Part shown: piece after piece, positions 10,151 through 19,857 of the stretch
How positions within the stretch are numbered: position 1 is the first letter of the stretch
Layout: the number at the start of each line of letters is the position of its first letter
NCBI GenBank assembly: GCA_965203805.1
Contig: OZ241917.1
Location: 2,080,001-2,144,000, forward strand
Direction of reading: 5' to 3'
DNA length: 64,000 bases
DNA from: Candidatus Latescibacterota bacterium
GTDB taxonomy: Bacteria > Latescibacterota > UBA2968 > GCA-2709665
The notes under the pieces: model-generated
Told to the model about the DNA's origin: nothing
The model's input: the letters and a program-made list of their open reading frames with translations, nothing else
Database searches by the model: none
Position numbers and translations under genes: made by a program

Positions 10151-11764
10151 TCAGACACCGGCAGCCCACGTGTTCCCACCCGCCCTCACCTTCCCCTCCC
10201 GCTTCAGGAATTCCGCGCAATGCGCGCCGCCCGCGACGCCTCCAACCACGTCCAGATCGTGGCCCATATCGAGCAGCCCGTCCCGAATGGCTTCGTCCAG
10301 CGATCGCGTTACCATCAGGGGCTCCTCCATCTGGACGTGCATCCGGGGGCCGGACACGGCCTCGAACGACGTCGCGCCGAAGTCCACGATTTTCTGCGCG
10401 ACCCGCGCGTTCACGCTCACAAGCTTTCGCCCTCCCGGCAACCCCGTCGCGACGTCGCGGTCCGGGAGGCGAATGATCAGCGGCGCCGTGTTGTTAAGCG
10501 GGCGCTTTCCCGGCCCCACCGAGTTTCGGCGTCCCGGCCGCGGATCCATCCGGCACATCCCGTGCCCCAGTATCAACCCCGTTCCGGGCACCGTGACCAG
10601 GGACCCGAATGCGCCGCCCTGCGAGATTGTCACGGACGCGACGTTACCTTCCACGTCCGCCGTGGAAACATGGAGTGTCCCCTCCGAAGAATCCCCCTCC
10701 GGCCCCGGGGACCGCCGATCCACGAGCTGCGGAAACTGCCGCACGGACTCCGCGCGTCCCGCCGCGTAGTGTTTACTCAACAGCCGCTCAACCCCGACCT
10801 CCACATGATCCGGATCCGCCAGATACAGGAGCCGGTCGCGCCACGCCAATTTCAGTACTTCGGCCAGCCGGTGCCAGTACGTCACCGTATCGTCCGGCAC
10901 GGTATCGAAGCAGTCCAGCATATTGAGCACCTGGAGGGCCGTCAGCCCACCGTTCGGCAAGATCGCCGCATAGACGGTCGCGTCGCGGTAGGTGGTCTCG
11001 TAAGGCGCCGTTACACGGGGCATATAGGCGGCCATATCGTCCCGCGAAAGCGCCCCGCCCCCGCTGCCGACGTGATCCGCGATCTTCCTCCCGATCTCTC
11101 CATCGTAGAAGTCGCGCCACCCGGCCTCGCACGCTCGCGTCAACGATTTTTCCATATCACGCCTGTGCCATCTGTCGTCCGCCTTCGGCAGACGCCCTTC
11201 CGGCATCAGATGCTTCTCTGTTTCCGGGAACCGCCGGATCACCGGTTCCAGGTGCCGAACCGCGGCGGCCGTGGAGCCGAACGGGAATCCGTTCTCCAGC
11301 AGCGCCAGCGACGGCGCCACGATATCCGACCACTTCAACCGGCCCCAGCGCTCCCACAACATCCCCATCCCCGCCATCATACCCGGCGGGCCCACCGCCT
11401 GCGGGCCGTGCACATTGGCATTGTCCCTCACGGAACAGAGGTACTCGTTCTCGTTGATCCCCTTCGGCCCGTCCCGCATCGGCGCCACGTCGTACATCGT
11501 CTCACGCGCCGATGCGGGTGCAATGGAGTTGGCATCCAGAGACCACACCTTCCCGGTCCGCCCGTCCAGCACGAGGGCGCACAGCACATATCCCATCACG
11601 CCGGTGGACTGCGGCTGCAGCATACAGCAGGCCATACTTGCCGCGGCGGCCGCGTCCATCGCGTTCCCGCCCAGGTCCAATACGCGCGCGCCCACACGGG
11701 CCGCCTCCTCCGGACCGGCGGCAACCGCGCCTCGAGACGTGAGAATTTCCTTGCCTTCAATCAT
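10151..11764 (-). CDS. ggt: Gamma-glutamyltransferase family protein
   Basis: GGNAMDAA, FYDGEIG, LKLAWRDRLLYLADP, autoprocessing Thr in EGTLHVSTADVEGN, and NSVGPGKRP. Start could be 11788. Confidence 0.85.
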   Translation of the reverse strand: MIEGKEILTSRGAVAAGPEEAARVGARVLDLGGNAMDAAAAASMACCMLQPQSTGVMGYVLCALVLDGRTGKVWSLDANSIAPASARETMYDVAPMRDGPKGINENEYLCSVRDNANVHGPQAVGPPGMMAGMGMLWERWGRLKWSDIVAPSLALLENGFPFGSTAAAVRHLEPVIRRFPETEKHLMPEGRLPKADDRWHRRDMEKSLTRACEAGWRDFYDGEIGRKIADHVGSGGGALSRDDMAAYMPRVTAPYETTYRDATVYAAILPNGGLTALQVLNMLDCFDTVPDDTVTYWHRLAEVLKLAWRDRLLYLADPDHVEVGVERLLSKHYAAGRAESVRQFPQLVDRRSPGPEGDSSEGTLHVSTADVEGNVASVTISQGGAFGSLVTVPGTGLILGHGMCRMDPRPGRRNSVGPGKRPLNNTAPLIIRLPDRDVATGLPGGRKLVSVNARVAQKIVDFGATSFEAVSGPRMHVQMEEPLMVTRSLDEAIRDGLLDMGHDLDVVGGVAGGAHCAEFLKREGKVRAGGNTWAAGV

Positions 11765-11868
11765 TCGATTCCTCGCTCGGGATCGCATGCAGCCACCACC
11801 GACTGCGCCACGGGTTTCCTATGTCTTCGACAGAACGGCACCCATGCGGGAAGCCCCGTGGACGCTGC

Positions 11869-13086
11869 TTACAATCCCTCTGCGACCTTGTTGATTGCGG
11901 CCGCGATATCCCGGATGTCGGAGGCTTCCATTTGCTCATGGATACCCCGCACGGCGACCGTCCGCAAGCCGGCCACGGCCTGAGGGGTCGTGTCCGGTCC
12001 ATAATGGTATTCCCGGTTCGTCACTCCGCAGGTGAACGGGCATCCGCTTTTTCCGTACGTTTTCTTCTCAGTGAGGAACTTTCCGCGCATGAATATCGGA
12101 TCGCCAATATAGTGGGCGCCTGTCGCCACGCCCTCGGCGGAAAGCGCCTTGCAGAACCGATCCGGATCGTGACCCGTCACGTGAAATATGTAATTCCACC
12201 ACGATACCTCCCTGTCCGCTTCCGCGGGCACGGGATCGATTCCCGGAGCGTCCGCAATCAAATCGCACAACATCCGGCCCAGGTGAATCCGGCGTTCAAC
12301 CACGGCGCGCACTTTTTCCAACTGCGCCAGGCCCACCGCTCCCTGCATTTCCGTCATCCGGTACGTCGGCGCCAGAAACCCGTGGTCCCGCTCGCCCATG
12401 TATTGATAGTCCCATCCCTTATCTGAAAACAGTTTCAGTCGGATGTACGTCTTTTCGTCATTGGTAACCGTCATCCCGCCGTCGCCGGTGGTCATATGTT
12501 TGGACTGCTGAAGGCTGAAGCACGCCACATGTCCGAACGTCCCCACGTACCGGCCCTTGAATCGTGTCGCGTGCGCCTGGCTGCAGTCCTCGATCAGGAT
12601 CAGGTTGTATCGATCGGCGATGTCCACGACCGCGTCCACGTCGCACGGCCTCCCGAAGAGATGCACCAGGACGATTGCCCGCGTCCGTCCGGTGATGACC
12701 GCTTCGATGGACTCGGGCGTCATGTTCAACGTTCTCGGGTCCACGTCGGCGAAGACCGGCACCGCGTTCTGCTGCAGGATCGGCATCACGCTGCCCGGAT
12801 CGGTAACGGGCGCGGTAATAATCTCGTCTCCCGGCTCCGGGTTCACGGCCCCAACCGCAAGGTGAATGGCGGCCGATCCTCCCGTTGAACTCTGCGCGTA
12901 CCTGACACCGTAAAAGTCTGCAAAGGCCCTTTCGAAATCCTTTACGAACCGCCCGCTTTTGCCGAACAGATTCTGGCTGCGCACGGCATCAATCAGAAAC
13001 TCTTCCTCCCGTAGTCCGAAGGGCGTCCTATCGGGAAACGGTCGGGTACGTACCTTTGGGCCTCCATGGATTGCCAGCCTTGCCAT
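11869..13086 (-). CDS. DegT/DnrJ/EryC1/StrS family aminotransferase
   Basis: MARLAIHGG start, PVFADVD, IEDCSQAH and FSLQQSKHMTTGDGG (PLP lysine). Confidence 0.9.
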   Translation of the reverse strand: MARLAIHGGPKVRTRPFPDRTPFGLREEEFLIDAVRSQNLFGKSGRFVKDFERAFADFYGVRYAQSSTGGSAAIHLAVGAVNPEPGDEIITAPVTDPGSVMPILQQNAVPVFADVDPRTLNMTPESIEAVITGRTRAIVLVHLFGRPCDVDAVVDIADRYNLILIEDCSQAHATRFKGRYVGTFGHVACFSLQQSKHMTTGDGGMTVTNDEKTYIRLKLFSDKGWDYQYMGERDHGFLAPTYRMTEMQGAVGLAQLEKVRAVVERRIHLGRMLCDLIADAPGIDPVPAEADREVSWWNYIFHVTGHDPDRFCKALSAEGVATGAHYIGDPIFMRGKFLTEKKTYGKSGCPFTCGVTNREYHYGPDTTPQAVAGLRTVAVRGIHEQMEASDIRDIAAAINKVAEGL

Positions 13087-13157
13087 TTTCTCTCCGAAAC
13101 ACAAAACGATTTTGGATAGACGAGATCCAACCCCGATAAGTTCAAAAACCTAATCAA

Positions 13158-13186
13158 ACATGGATGGACAGGATGAACAGGATAAA
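13158..13186. repeat. Dispersed 9-mer-period repeat, copy 1
   Basis: ACATGGATGGACAGGATGAACAGGATAAA is identical over 29 nt to 34810-34838 and nearly identical to the reverse complement of 27471-27496. Confidence 0.9.
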
Positions 13187-13299
13187 AACTGGAAAAGCGG
13201 AAGACCGTTGTCGATCCGGCATATCATCCAGGCAATTGACAACGCCACTGCCGTCCAGGACACAAACCGTTTCGGGCACACGTGACTTTCGACAAAATA

Positions 13300-13379
13300 A
13301 GAATCCAGAAGCTGGAAGTCAGAATCCGGTCGTGAAACCGGCAAATATTCTGATTCTGACTCTCAACTCCTGGATTTCT
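13300..13379. repeat. Inverted pair of degenerate heptamer arrays
   Basis: AGAATCC-AGAAGCT-GGAAGTC-AGAATCC faces TTCTGA-TTCTGAC-TCTCAAC-TCCTGGA-TTTCT. Confidence 0.7.
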
Positions 13380-13430
13380 CGAATAATACTCCGCCCAAAG
13401 CCCCTCCATCCCGACCCAATTTGCTGCCGC

Positions 13431-15899
13431 TTACCGCTCCAACCTGAACAGGACCTCCTTCTCCGCCTCCGCGTTGCCGTTCTGGTCCACAACGCGGACC
13501 GTCAGCCGGTTCACGCCCGACTTGGCGTTCCTCAGGTCCATCTCGAAATACTCCTGAAGGTCCGTTTCATCCCGGACCTGCTCAGTGGATACGGAAACCT
13601 CGGGGGTGCGTTCGCCCCTGCGGAACAGAGAGCCCACGCCCGCCCACAAGCGCCCGAACGTGCCGCCCTTCTCCGGCATCGAATGGATCGTGTAATGCAG
13701 CGTAAACCGGCTCTGGCCGAACGTGTCCCGTTTCAGCCCATAGGCTTCGTAATAGACAAACGGGTGCTGGTTCATCCGATAGGTCTTCGTGGTCATCGGA
13801 ATCACCCAGACGCCGCCCCCCTTGGCGTATTTTTCCAGGCCGCCTTCCGTCGAAATCTGGAATCCCAGTTCCAGGCCGCTCAGTTTCAACGTATCCAGGG
13901 AATAGTCCTCGACCTCGAGTCGTTCCTTATAGATGCCCGAATGGCCGGAAACCAGGTCCTTGACCTGTACCCGCATGTCGTAGGCGCCCGGGCTCACGTC
14001 CAGCGCGAGCTGATTCGGAATAAAGGTCCCCTTGCCCGTATAAAGCTCCTTCGACGTGCGCAACGCCAGTTCCTCGCTGTCCTGCAGCGTCTGCCCCGAC
14101 TCCGGATCGTAAAGCGCGACCGCACACCCCAACTGGAAAACGGTCTGTTCGTCCGATTCCGACTCGCTCAGGCTGCGGGGCGGAATCCCATAATAGATTT
14201 CAACTCGCGTCTTGCCATTGGATCCCCGGAACGTCGCGCGATCGTAGTAGAAATCCAGAAATGCCTCACGGCCGCCCGGAAGATAGTGTTCCGGCATCTG
14301 CCGGATGCTCCGGTTCATTACCATCGCGGGCGAGTACTTCACCATCCGGCTGGTCCGTCGCAGCGCGCCTTCGTCGAATTCCGCCGCGGGCACGGGCGCG
14401 AAGTCGAATGTCCCACCCCCCAACTCATTGGTAAACACCACCTCGATGCCCCCCGCGACACCCGTATATACCCAGGACTCCCACTTGATGAAGGACATGA
14501 AGTCCCCTCCCGCCACCTGTGCGCGATTTTGGGACAGGGTGACCACGTAATTGTCTCCATCCAGTGCCGACATGTCCGCGGGGGCCAGGGGCTCGTCGGC
14601 CAGAGCAGGCGCTCCCAGCTCCACCTCAAGGGGGTCCGGCGCCTCGCCCTGATCGGTACCCGGCGGCAATTCAGCCGGGAAATCCAGGCCCACCTCGTGC
14701 ATCCTGCGAACCGGGAATACAGGCCCACGTCCCACGTCCGCCATGCCCAGCGGCCCGTAGATATCGTGGGCGACGCGCTCCTTGATCCGCTCGACGGAAA
14801 CCGGCATGGGCGGCGCCACCCTGCCGGAAGTCGACCGGTATTCCGGTTCGCCGTATCGGATATAGACCTCGCCGCGCCGGTCCCACGGATTCGCCATCTC
14901 GGAAAAAGCGGTTCGCGAATACCACACGCGCCGATAGTGCTCCAGCTTCCGCTCGTTCACCGAAGTCATCAGGTCCGGATCCCTCACCGACCAGAACCGC
15001 ACGAGGTACTCCCTCCGTACGGCCGCATCATCCGCGGTCTCCCGATAGGCGAGGAGCTCTTCCCTGGATGCAATCAGGCTCACGTCCTGATACAACCGGC
15101 GTTCTTCGGGCGGCATCCGTGAAAAACCCCGGCCGTAATATTGCATGGCCAGGTCCAGGGCCTCGCGGCTCGCGCAGGCCTGCGCCACGACCGGTAACAG
15201 CAACGCCTCGTCCGCGGTTACCTCCAGGGAGTCCAGCGCTACCGATGGCAGGTCTTCAAAAACACCCGTCCGGATAAAGGCTCTGACCACGGCCTGGACA
15301 ACCGCCGGCTCCCTCGTCGGATCCACCGAAAGAGAGCGCACGTACGCGTCGACAGACTTGCCATAGTCCTCAATATCGGAATACAACCGACCGAGCAGCC
15401 TGTGGGCCAGTTCGAAACGCGGCGACAGCGCGGCGGCCTGCGACGCATGGTAAATCGTCTGCTCGGAAAAACTCCCCTTCTCGCCCTCAGCGGTCCCGGC
15501 TCTGTAGGACGCTAGCGCCATCCCGAAGTGGGCCGGCGCGAACCCGTCGTTCTGCGCGAGGGCCGACTGGAACGCCTCCCGCGCCCTCGTCAGGTCCAAC
15601 TTCAGCAACCTCGTGTATCCAATGCGGGTATTGTGACCGGCCGGATCAGTCGTCAATTGCGGCCAGTACGCCTTTACGGCCCGCCGCACCTCCCGGTCCG
15701 GGTCGAAAGGCAGGTTGCCAAAGACAGCCGGCATCTCGTACCCCTCAGCGACCCGCTGCCCCTCCGGGTCCGGTACGGCGGTTGAAGACCCTGCCGCTTC
15801 CGGTTTTGTCTGTTCGGCACGGGTAGGGAGACCGTTCGTCAGCACAAAGGTCAAAGCGGCGAACCAGATAACCGTCCTCAATGATCGAATCCGGTACAT
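13431..15899 (-). CDS. TPR + GWxTD-like domain protein (822 aa), paralogue of 2848..6597
   Basis: Signal peptide, TPRs, FWSVRDPDLMTSVNERKLEHYRRVWYS...PWDRRGEVYIRYGEPE, WESWVY and YYEAYGLKRDTFGQ, all shared with the first paralogue. Confidence 0.8.
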   Translation of the reverse strand: MYRIRSLRTVIWFAALTFVLTNGLPTRAEQTKPEAAGSSTAVPDPEGQRVAEGYEMPAVFGNLPFDPDREVRRAVKAYWPQLTTDPAGHNTRIGYTRLLKLDLTRAREAFQSALAQNDGFAPAHFGMALASYRAGTAEGEKGSFSEQTIYHASQAAALSPRFELAHRLLGRLYSDIEDYGKSVDAYVRSLSVDPTREPAVVQAVVRAFIRTGVFEDLPSVALDSLEVTADEALLLPVVAQACASREALDLAMQYYGRGFSRMPPEERRLYQDVSLIASREELLAYRETADDAAVRREYLVRFWSVRDPDLMTSVNERKLEHYRRVWYSRTAFSEMANPWDRRGEVYIRYGEPEYRSTSGRVAPPMPVSVERIKERVAHDIYGPLGMADVGRGPVFPVRRMHEVGLDFPAELPPGTDQGEAPDPLEVELGAPALADEPLAPADMSALDGDNYVVTLSQNRAQVAGGDFMSFIKWESWVYTGVAGGIEVVFTNELGGGTFDFAPVPAAEFDEGALRRTSRMVKYSPAMVMNRSIRQMPEHYLPGGREAFLDFYYDRATFRGSNGKTRVEIYYGIPPRSLSESESDEQTVFQLGCAVALYDPESGQTLQDSEELALRTSKELYTGKGTFIPNQLALDVSPGAYDMRVQVKDLVSGHSGIYKERLEVEDYSLDTLKLSGLELGFQISTEGGLEKYAKGGGVWVIPMTTKTYRMNQHPFVYYEAYGLKRDTFGQSRFTLHYTIHSMPEKGGTFGRLWAGVGSLFRRGERTPEVSVSTEQVRDETDLQEYFEMDLRNAKSGVNRLTVRVVDQNGNAEAEKEVLFRLER

Positions 15900-16053
15900 C
15901 GTTTTCGTCCTCGTTTCAGGTTGGCGCCATCAGATCAGACCGCAACAGCAATCCTCGATACACGACGGGCGAAACGCGCACACTGTTCCCGATAACTATA
16001 GGATGCTCACGGGCGGAAATGGTTGCATAAAAGCGGGGAGACGGGAGACGGTA

Positions 16054-16250
16054 TAGCTTTCAGCGTTCAGCCAACAGCCGTCAGCTTGAAGCAAAAACCA
16101 GAAAGCCAAACAGTAGAACGAAAGCGTCGCCGAGACGTTCCTCCTTCCCGCCACGAATGTGGAACTACATCGCTTGACATTCGCCTGGCCTGGCCTTTTG
16201 CTGTTGGTCTTTGATTCTAGCTGACTGCTGAAAGCTGATTGCCGAGTGCT
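16054..16250. repeat. Inverted pair of CAGCNNN/GCTGNNN heptamer arrays
   Basis: TAGCTTT-CAGCGTT-CAGCCAA-CAGCCGT-CAGCTTG ... GCTGACT-GCTGAAA-GCTGATT-GCCGAGT-GCT. Confidence 0.8.
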
Positions 16251-16269
16251 TCTTTGTTTCAACTGCAAC

Positions 16270-16305
16270 AAGAAAGGAGGACGGTCCCGCGAACCGCCCT
16301 CCTTT
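16270..16305 (-). terminator. Rho-independent terminator of the TonB/PorV operon
   Basis: Minus strand AAAGGAGGGCGGT-tcgcggg-ACCGTCCTCCTTT then CTTGTT, just after the stop at 16327. Confidence 0.7.
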
Positions 16306-16326
16306 GTGTTTACCTCCCGTCGGGCC

Positions 16327-17373
16327 TTAGAACGTGCCGCCCACGGACAGACGCAACGGCGGATCGAAGATGCCCAGATCCGCGTTATGGTACGAGAGAT
16401 CGACGGTGATCAGCTGGCCGCCGGGGAGTTCGTGCTTCAGACCGGCGCCGACGCTCCAGCTTTCAAGGGCCGTGTGCGTCCGGTACCCGGCGCGAAGCGC
16501 CAGCGTGTTTTCCAGCCAGAGCTCCCCGCCCATGCGGGTGATCGGCCGGAAGTCCGTTACGAACTCGTGCTCGACCGAAAGCGTGAAGTATCCCGGGTCG
16601 CCCTTCTGCCCGAAAATCTCCATCGCTCCGCCGAGGGAGTACGTGGTGGGCATCACCGCCGTGAACCCGCCTTCCGTTGCCTTGACGTTCGGGCCCAGGT
16701 TCCGGAAACTCATGGCGATCCTGCTGCTCCGGTATCCGGTGTAGAAGTGGGTGCCGATGCTGTAGTCCAGCGTGGACACCTTTTCCAGGTGAAGGTCTTC
16801 CTGGATCCAGCGAATCTGACCGCCCAGCATGAATTTGTCGGTCATTTTCTTCGCGAATACCGCGCCCAGGGCGATATCGCCCGCGCGAAACATGGTTCCC
16901 GTGCCCCACGGCGCGGTCGGGGTGGTGACCTCCATCTCTTCCGTTGTAAAGCTGTTTACTGTAAACCCGATGACCCCGAAGCCCGCGTTGAACGCCAGCG
17001 CTCCGGAAAGTGTTGAGGAATTGGTCAACCAGCGGGTGTAATTCAGGGAATAGGCCACGTTTTCGATGTGCCCCAGGCCCGCGGCGTTCCAGAACGCGGA
17101 CGAGATGTCGTCCGAAATTGCCGTGTAAGCCCCGCCCATGGCTTCGGCGCGGGCGCTCTGGCCGATTTTCAGAAACGGGAACTCGGAGAGTCCCACGCGC
17201 TCGACCCAGAGACCCCAGGCCTTGTCGACGTTCTCCATCTTCGGATCGATCAACGCCCCGTCGCGCGACCCGGTGCCGGGCGCCGGCTGCTCAACCGCCC
17301 CCGCCGGCTTCACGGTCAGGAGAGCGACGGTCACGAGGGCCAATCCCAAGATGATCCATCCTTTTTTCATCAC
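16327..17373 (-). CDS. PorV/PorQ family outer-membrane barrel (FadL-like)
   Basis: FPFLKIGQSARAEAMGGAYTAISDDISSAFWNAAGL signature, LALRAGY and C-terminal Phe. Confidence 0.85.
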   Translation of the reverse strand: MMKKGWIILGLALVTVALLTVKPAGAVEQPAPGTGSRDGALIDPKMENVDKAWGLWVERVGLSEFPFLKIGQSARAEAMGGAYTAISDDISSAFWNAAGLGHIENVAYSLNYTRWLTNSSTLSGALAFNAGFGVIGFTVNSFTTEEMEVTTPTAPWGTGTMFRAGDIALGAVFAKKMTDKFMLGGQIRWIQEDLHLEKVSTLDYSIGTHFYTGYRSSRIAMSFRNLGPNVKATEGGFTAVMPTTYSLGGAMEIFGQKGDPGYFTLSVEHEFVTDFRPITRMGGELWLENTLALRAGYRTHTALESWSVGAGLKHELPGGQLITVDLSYHNADLGIFDPPLRLSVGGTF

Positions 17374-17400
17374 TATTCTCCTTAATCGTCGCGAGGTCCG

Positions 17401-19788
17401 TTAACGGATCACCACAAACGTACCGGTCTTGATCTTCCCGGCAGCCGCCGAACCTTCAACGCCATGCACGGCATAGAAATAGATTCCCGGGCCCACAAGC
17501 GCCCGGATCGTGGAATAAGGACGGCCGGTCCAGCTGGTCTCACTGGATGAAATAGCCTTCTGACGCAATACCTGGATCAGCTGTCCCGCGGTATTGAAGA
17601 TATAGATGAACGAGTTTGACGGCACGTTTACAAACCGGATTTTCAAACCGCCGCCGTATTCGTTGGTGCCGTTGGCCATATAGGGGTTCGGCACAACCAC
17701 GATATCCCGTTCCAGCGCGTCGGCGGCCGCCACGTAGGGCAGCACCGGCGACCCGCGGTTGACCTGCAGGAAGTTGGAATAAGGCCCCTCCTGCCCGTTC
17801 TGCAGGAACTTCTGCGCCCTGGGCGGGAGGTCCGCGAACGTCATGGTTCCGTCGTTGTTCGCCCAGTCGTTATGCGGTTCCTGATAAGCCCGAATACTGT
17901 AGTAATAGAAGAATCCGGCGTTGGAACTCGCATCGGACCAGCCGTACATTCCCGGGCGGGCGGCGCGCCGGCCGTCATTTGCCTGGTTCGCCAGCCCAAC
18001 CGCCGTGCTCTCGTTTCCTTCCGCCGCCGCTACAGGCCAATCCGCGCCCGCGTCGTACGTGACGCCCGCCGGCAGAGGCCCGCCAACCGGAATGTCGCCG
18101 ACCAGCGAGAACGGACCCGTTGCCGTAAGCGTTCCCCGCAGCCCGCGATAAATGCGGAAACCGGCGACGTCCGCGGCGCCGTAATCGGGATGGACGGCGC
18201 CCTGAGACTCGGCGGCCCAGAACAGCTTCACCTTGGCGTTCTCGTCGCTCTTGACGTAGACGTCGACGTCCGGGGGGCCGTCCGGAATGTCAAAGCCGCT
18301 CTGATAGGCGAATATCGCGTGCTCGAGGTGCTCGACAATGGCCTGCTCGCCCTGCAGGAAGCTGGCCTTGTCGGCCGTGAGGGACCACTTCCAGATGTCG
18401 ATCGGACTCTTGCCGGGGCCGGCATATTCCGCGCCGGAACCGGCCACGAACGCCACGATGACCTTGGCCTTGTCGCCGGGGCCGAGCGCCCACGGACCGT
18501 ACACCTGTGCGTTCGTGAACCCGCCCACGGCCGTGGGATTGTCCTGGGCGGTCGCGGCGGTCAACTTGGAGAATGCCTCCGAAGGGGTCTCTCCCTCAAG
18601 GACCGGCTCGTCGTAGTCAGCCGTCGTGCGTACGTTCCACCAGCCCTGGTAGGACGGCTGGTCACCCGCGGGCTGCACGTACTGACCCGCGTCGTGCATA
18701 TTGAACGCGTGACGGGGGTCGTCCGGACTGTCCGCGAAAGCGACCGGCGCCATGCCCACGAACGAATGGGCCGACAGCTTGCCGTCGGGGAAGGCCATTT
18801 CCTTCAGGTCGGATGTCTCGATGTCCTTGATCCACGGGTCGCCGGTATCCTCCCACGCCTTGAACGGGCTGTCGCCGTCCCACTGATAGCTCAGCTTGAG
18901 CCCCTGCGCCCGCGCCGCGCTGATGAACGCCGGCCCTCCGGGGCCGCCGTCCACGTAGTTTCCGGCTTCCGTGTAGCGGAAGTTATCGTCGAGACCGGTA
19001 TCCAGCCACCGCCACCAGCGGCCGCCGCCCGTGTTGTTGTCTGAGGTCTCATTAATCTTCCAGGTGGCCACCAGCGGCAGGTACACCTCGTTGTGACGGT
19101 CGTTGCCGGTGTTCTCCAGGATGAATTCCGCGATCACGAAATCGTCGAACATCTGGTGTGACCAGTTGTGGACCTTACGGGTGATCGTGATACCGAACTT
19201 GTTGGTCCACTTGGCAACCAGAATCTCCTCGGCAAACGCATCATCCGGCGTGTATTCTCCCGGAGAGTAGTTGCGGATGAGTCTGGGCGGCGCGCTGACG
19301 TCATTCTCGTCGGGCACGTTCGCGCCCGGCCAGTAGTTGCTGGCCGGCGAGAACGATCCGGAACGCCCCTGCTCCCATTCCGTGGCCGCGCCGAGGTCCG
19401 CTTCCGGTCCGCTCGACGGGTCGTAGACGAGCGGCGTGATATCGACGCTCTTGCCCCTCGGGCCCGTCCAGGCCGCATCCACGCCGCCTGGCCCCACGAC
19501 CATGATCCACGTGCCGAAGCCGACGGCGTTTCCGCCCCTGCGGGTATAGTTGGAGCTGGCGTTGCTGCTGGGGATGTTCGCCCATCCGGGATACCAGAAC
19601 ATATCCGGCTCGCCGGTCTGCCCGCTTCCGAGGTTCCACCCGCCCATGGTGCCATCCGAGTTCCAGCTGACCTGGACGTGGCTCCGGCTGGTGGACAGCC
19701 GCGGGGTGTCGCTCTGGTCTACGGCCCAGGCGCCCACTGGCAGGAGCAAGCCGCAAACAAGCGCCATAAGCTTGATGCCTGGTTTCAT
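17401..19788 (-). CDS. Secreted protein with T9SS type-A-like C-terminal sorting domain
   Basis: Signal peptide; FN3-like segment (VKLFW...AGFRIYRG...YYYSIRAY); C-terminus IVVVPNPY...IRFVNVP...IYIFNTAGQLIQVL...SWTG...PGIYFYAV...KTGTFVVIR. Confidence 0.75.
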   Translation of the reverse strand: MKPGIKLMALVCGLLLPVGAWAVDQSDTPRLSTSRSHVQVSWNSDGTMGGWNLGSGQTGEPDMFWYPGWANIPSSNASSNYTRRGGNAVGFGTWIMVVGPGGVDAAWTGPRGKSVDITPLVYDPSSGPEADLGAATEWEQGRSGSFSPASNYWPGANVPDENDVSAPPRLIRNYSPGEYTPDDAFAEEILVAKWTNKFGITITRKVHNWSHQMFDDFVIAEFILENTGNDRHNEVYLPLVATWKINETSDNNTGGGRWWRWLDTGLDDNFRYTEAGNYVDGGPGGPAFISAARAQGLKLSYQWDGDSPFKAWEDTGDPWIKDIETSDLKEMAFPDGKLSAHSFVGMAPVAFADSPDDPRHAFNMHDAGQYVQPAGDQPSYQGWWNVRTTADYDEPVLEGETPSEAFSKLTAATAQDNPTAVGGFTNAQVYGPWALGPGDKAKVIVAFVAGSGAEYAGPGKSPIDIWKWSLTADKASFLQGEQAIVEHLEHAIFAYQSGFDIPDGPPDVDVYVKSDENAKVKLFWAAESQGAVHPDYGAADVAGFRIYRGLRGTLTATGPFSLVGDIPVGGPLPAGVTYDAGADWPVAAAEGNESTAVGLANQANDGRRAARPGMYGWSDASSNAGFFYYYSIRAYQEPHNDWANNDGTMTFADLPPRAQKFLQNGQEGPYSNFLQVNRGSPVLPYVAAADALERDIVVVPNPYMANGTNEYGGGLKIRFVNVPSNSFIYIFNTAGQLIQVLRQKAISSSETSWTGRPYSTIRALVGPGIYFYAVHGVEGSAAAGKIKTGTFVVIR

Positions 19789-19811
19789 ACTTGCTTCTCC
19801 CTTTCTTTAAT

Positions 19812-19843
19812 AACGGGGGGCGGGAAAACAATCGCCCCCCGTT
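19812..19843. promoter_or_regulatory. Intercistronic stem-loop
   Basis: AACGGGGGGCG-10 nt-CGCCCCCCGTT, a perfect 11-bp stem between the receptor and cargo genes. Confidence 0.55.
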
Positions 19844-19857
19844 GAATGTTTACTGGG

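Noticed and set aside
13164-15122. Long antisense ORFs (also 281-1459, 10142-11983, 43116-44648, 51155-53119 and others)
   Set aside because: Shadow frames of well-supported genes in high-GC DNA, with no motifs.
15900-16330. Replication origin suggested by a change in G/C balance near 16 kb
   Set aside because: No DnaA-box cluster or dnaA; the only perfect box I noticed (43625-43633) is inside a gene, and codon bias can explain the shift.
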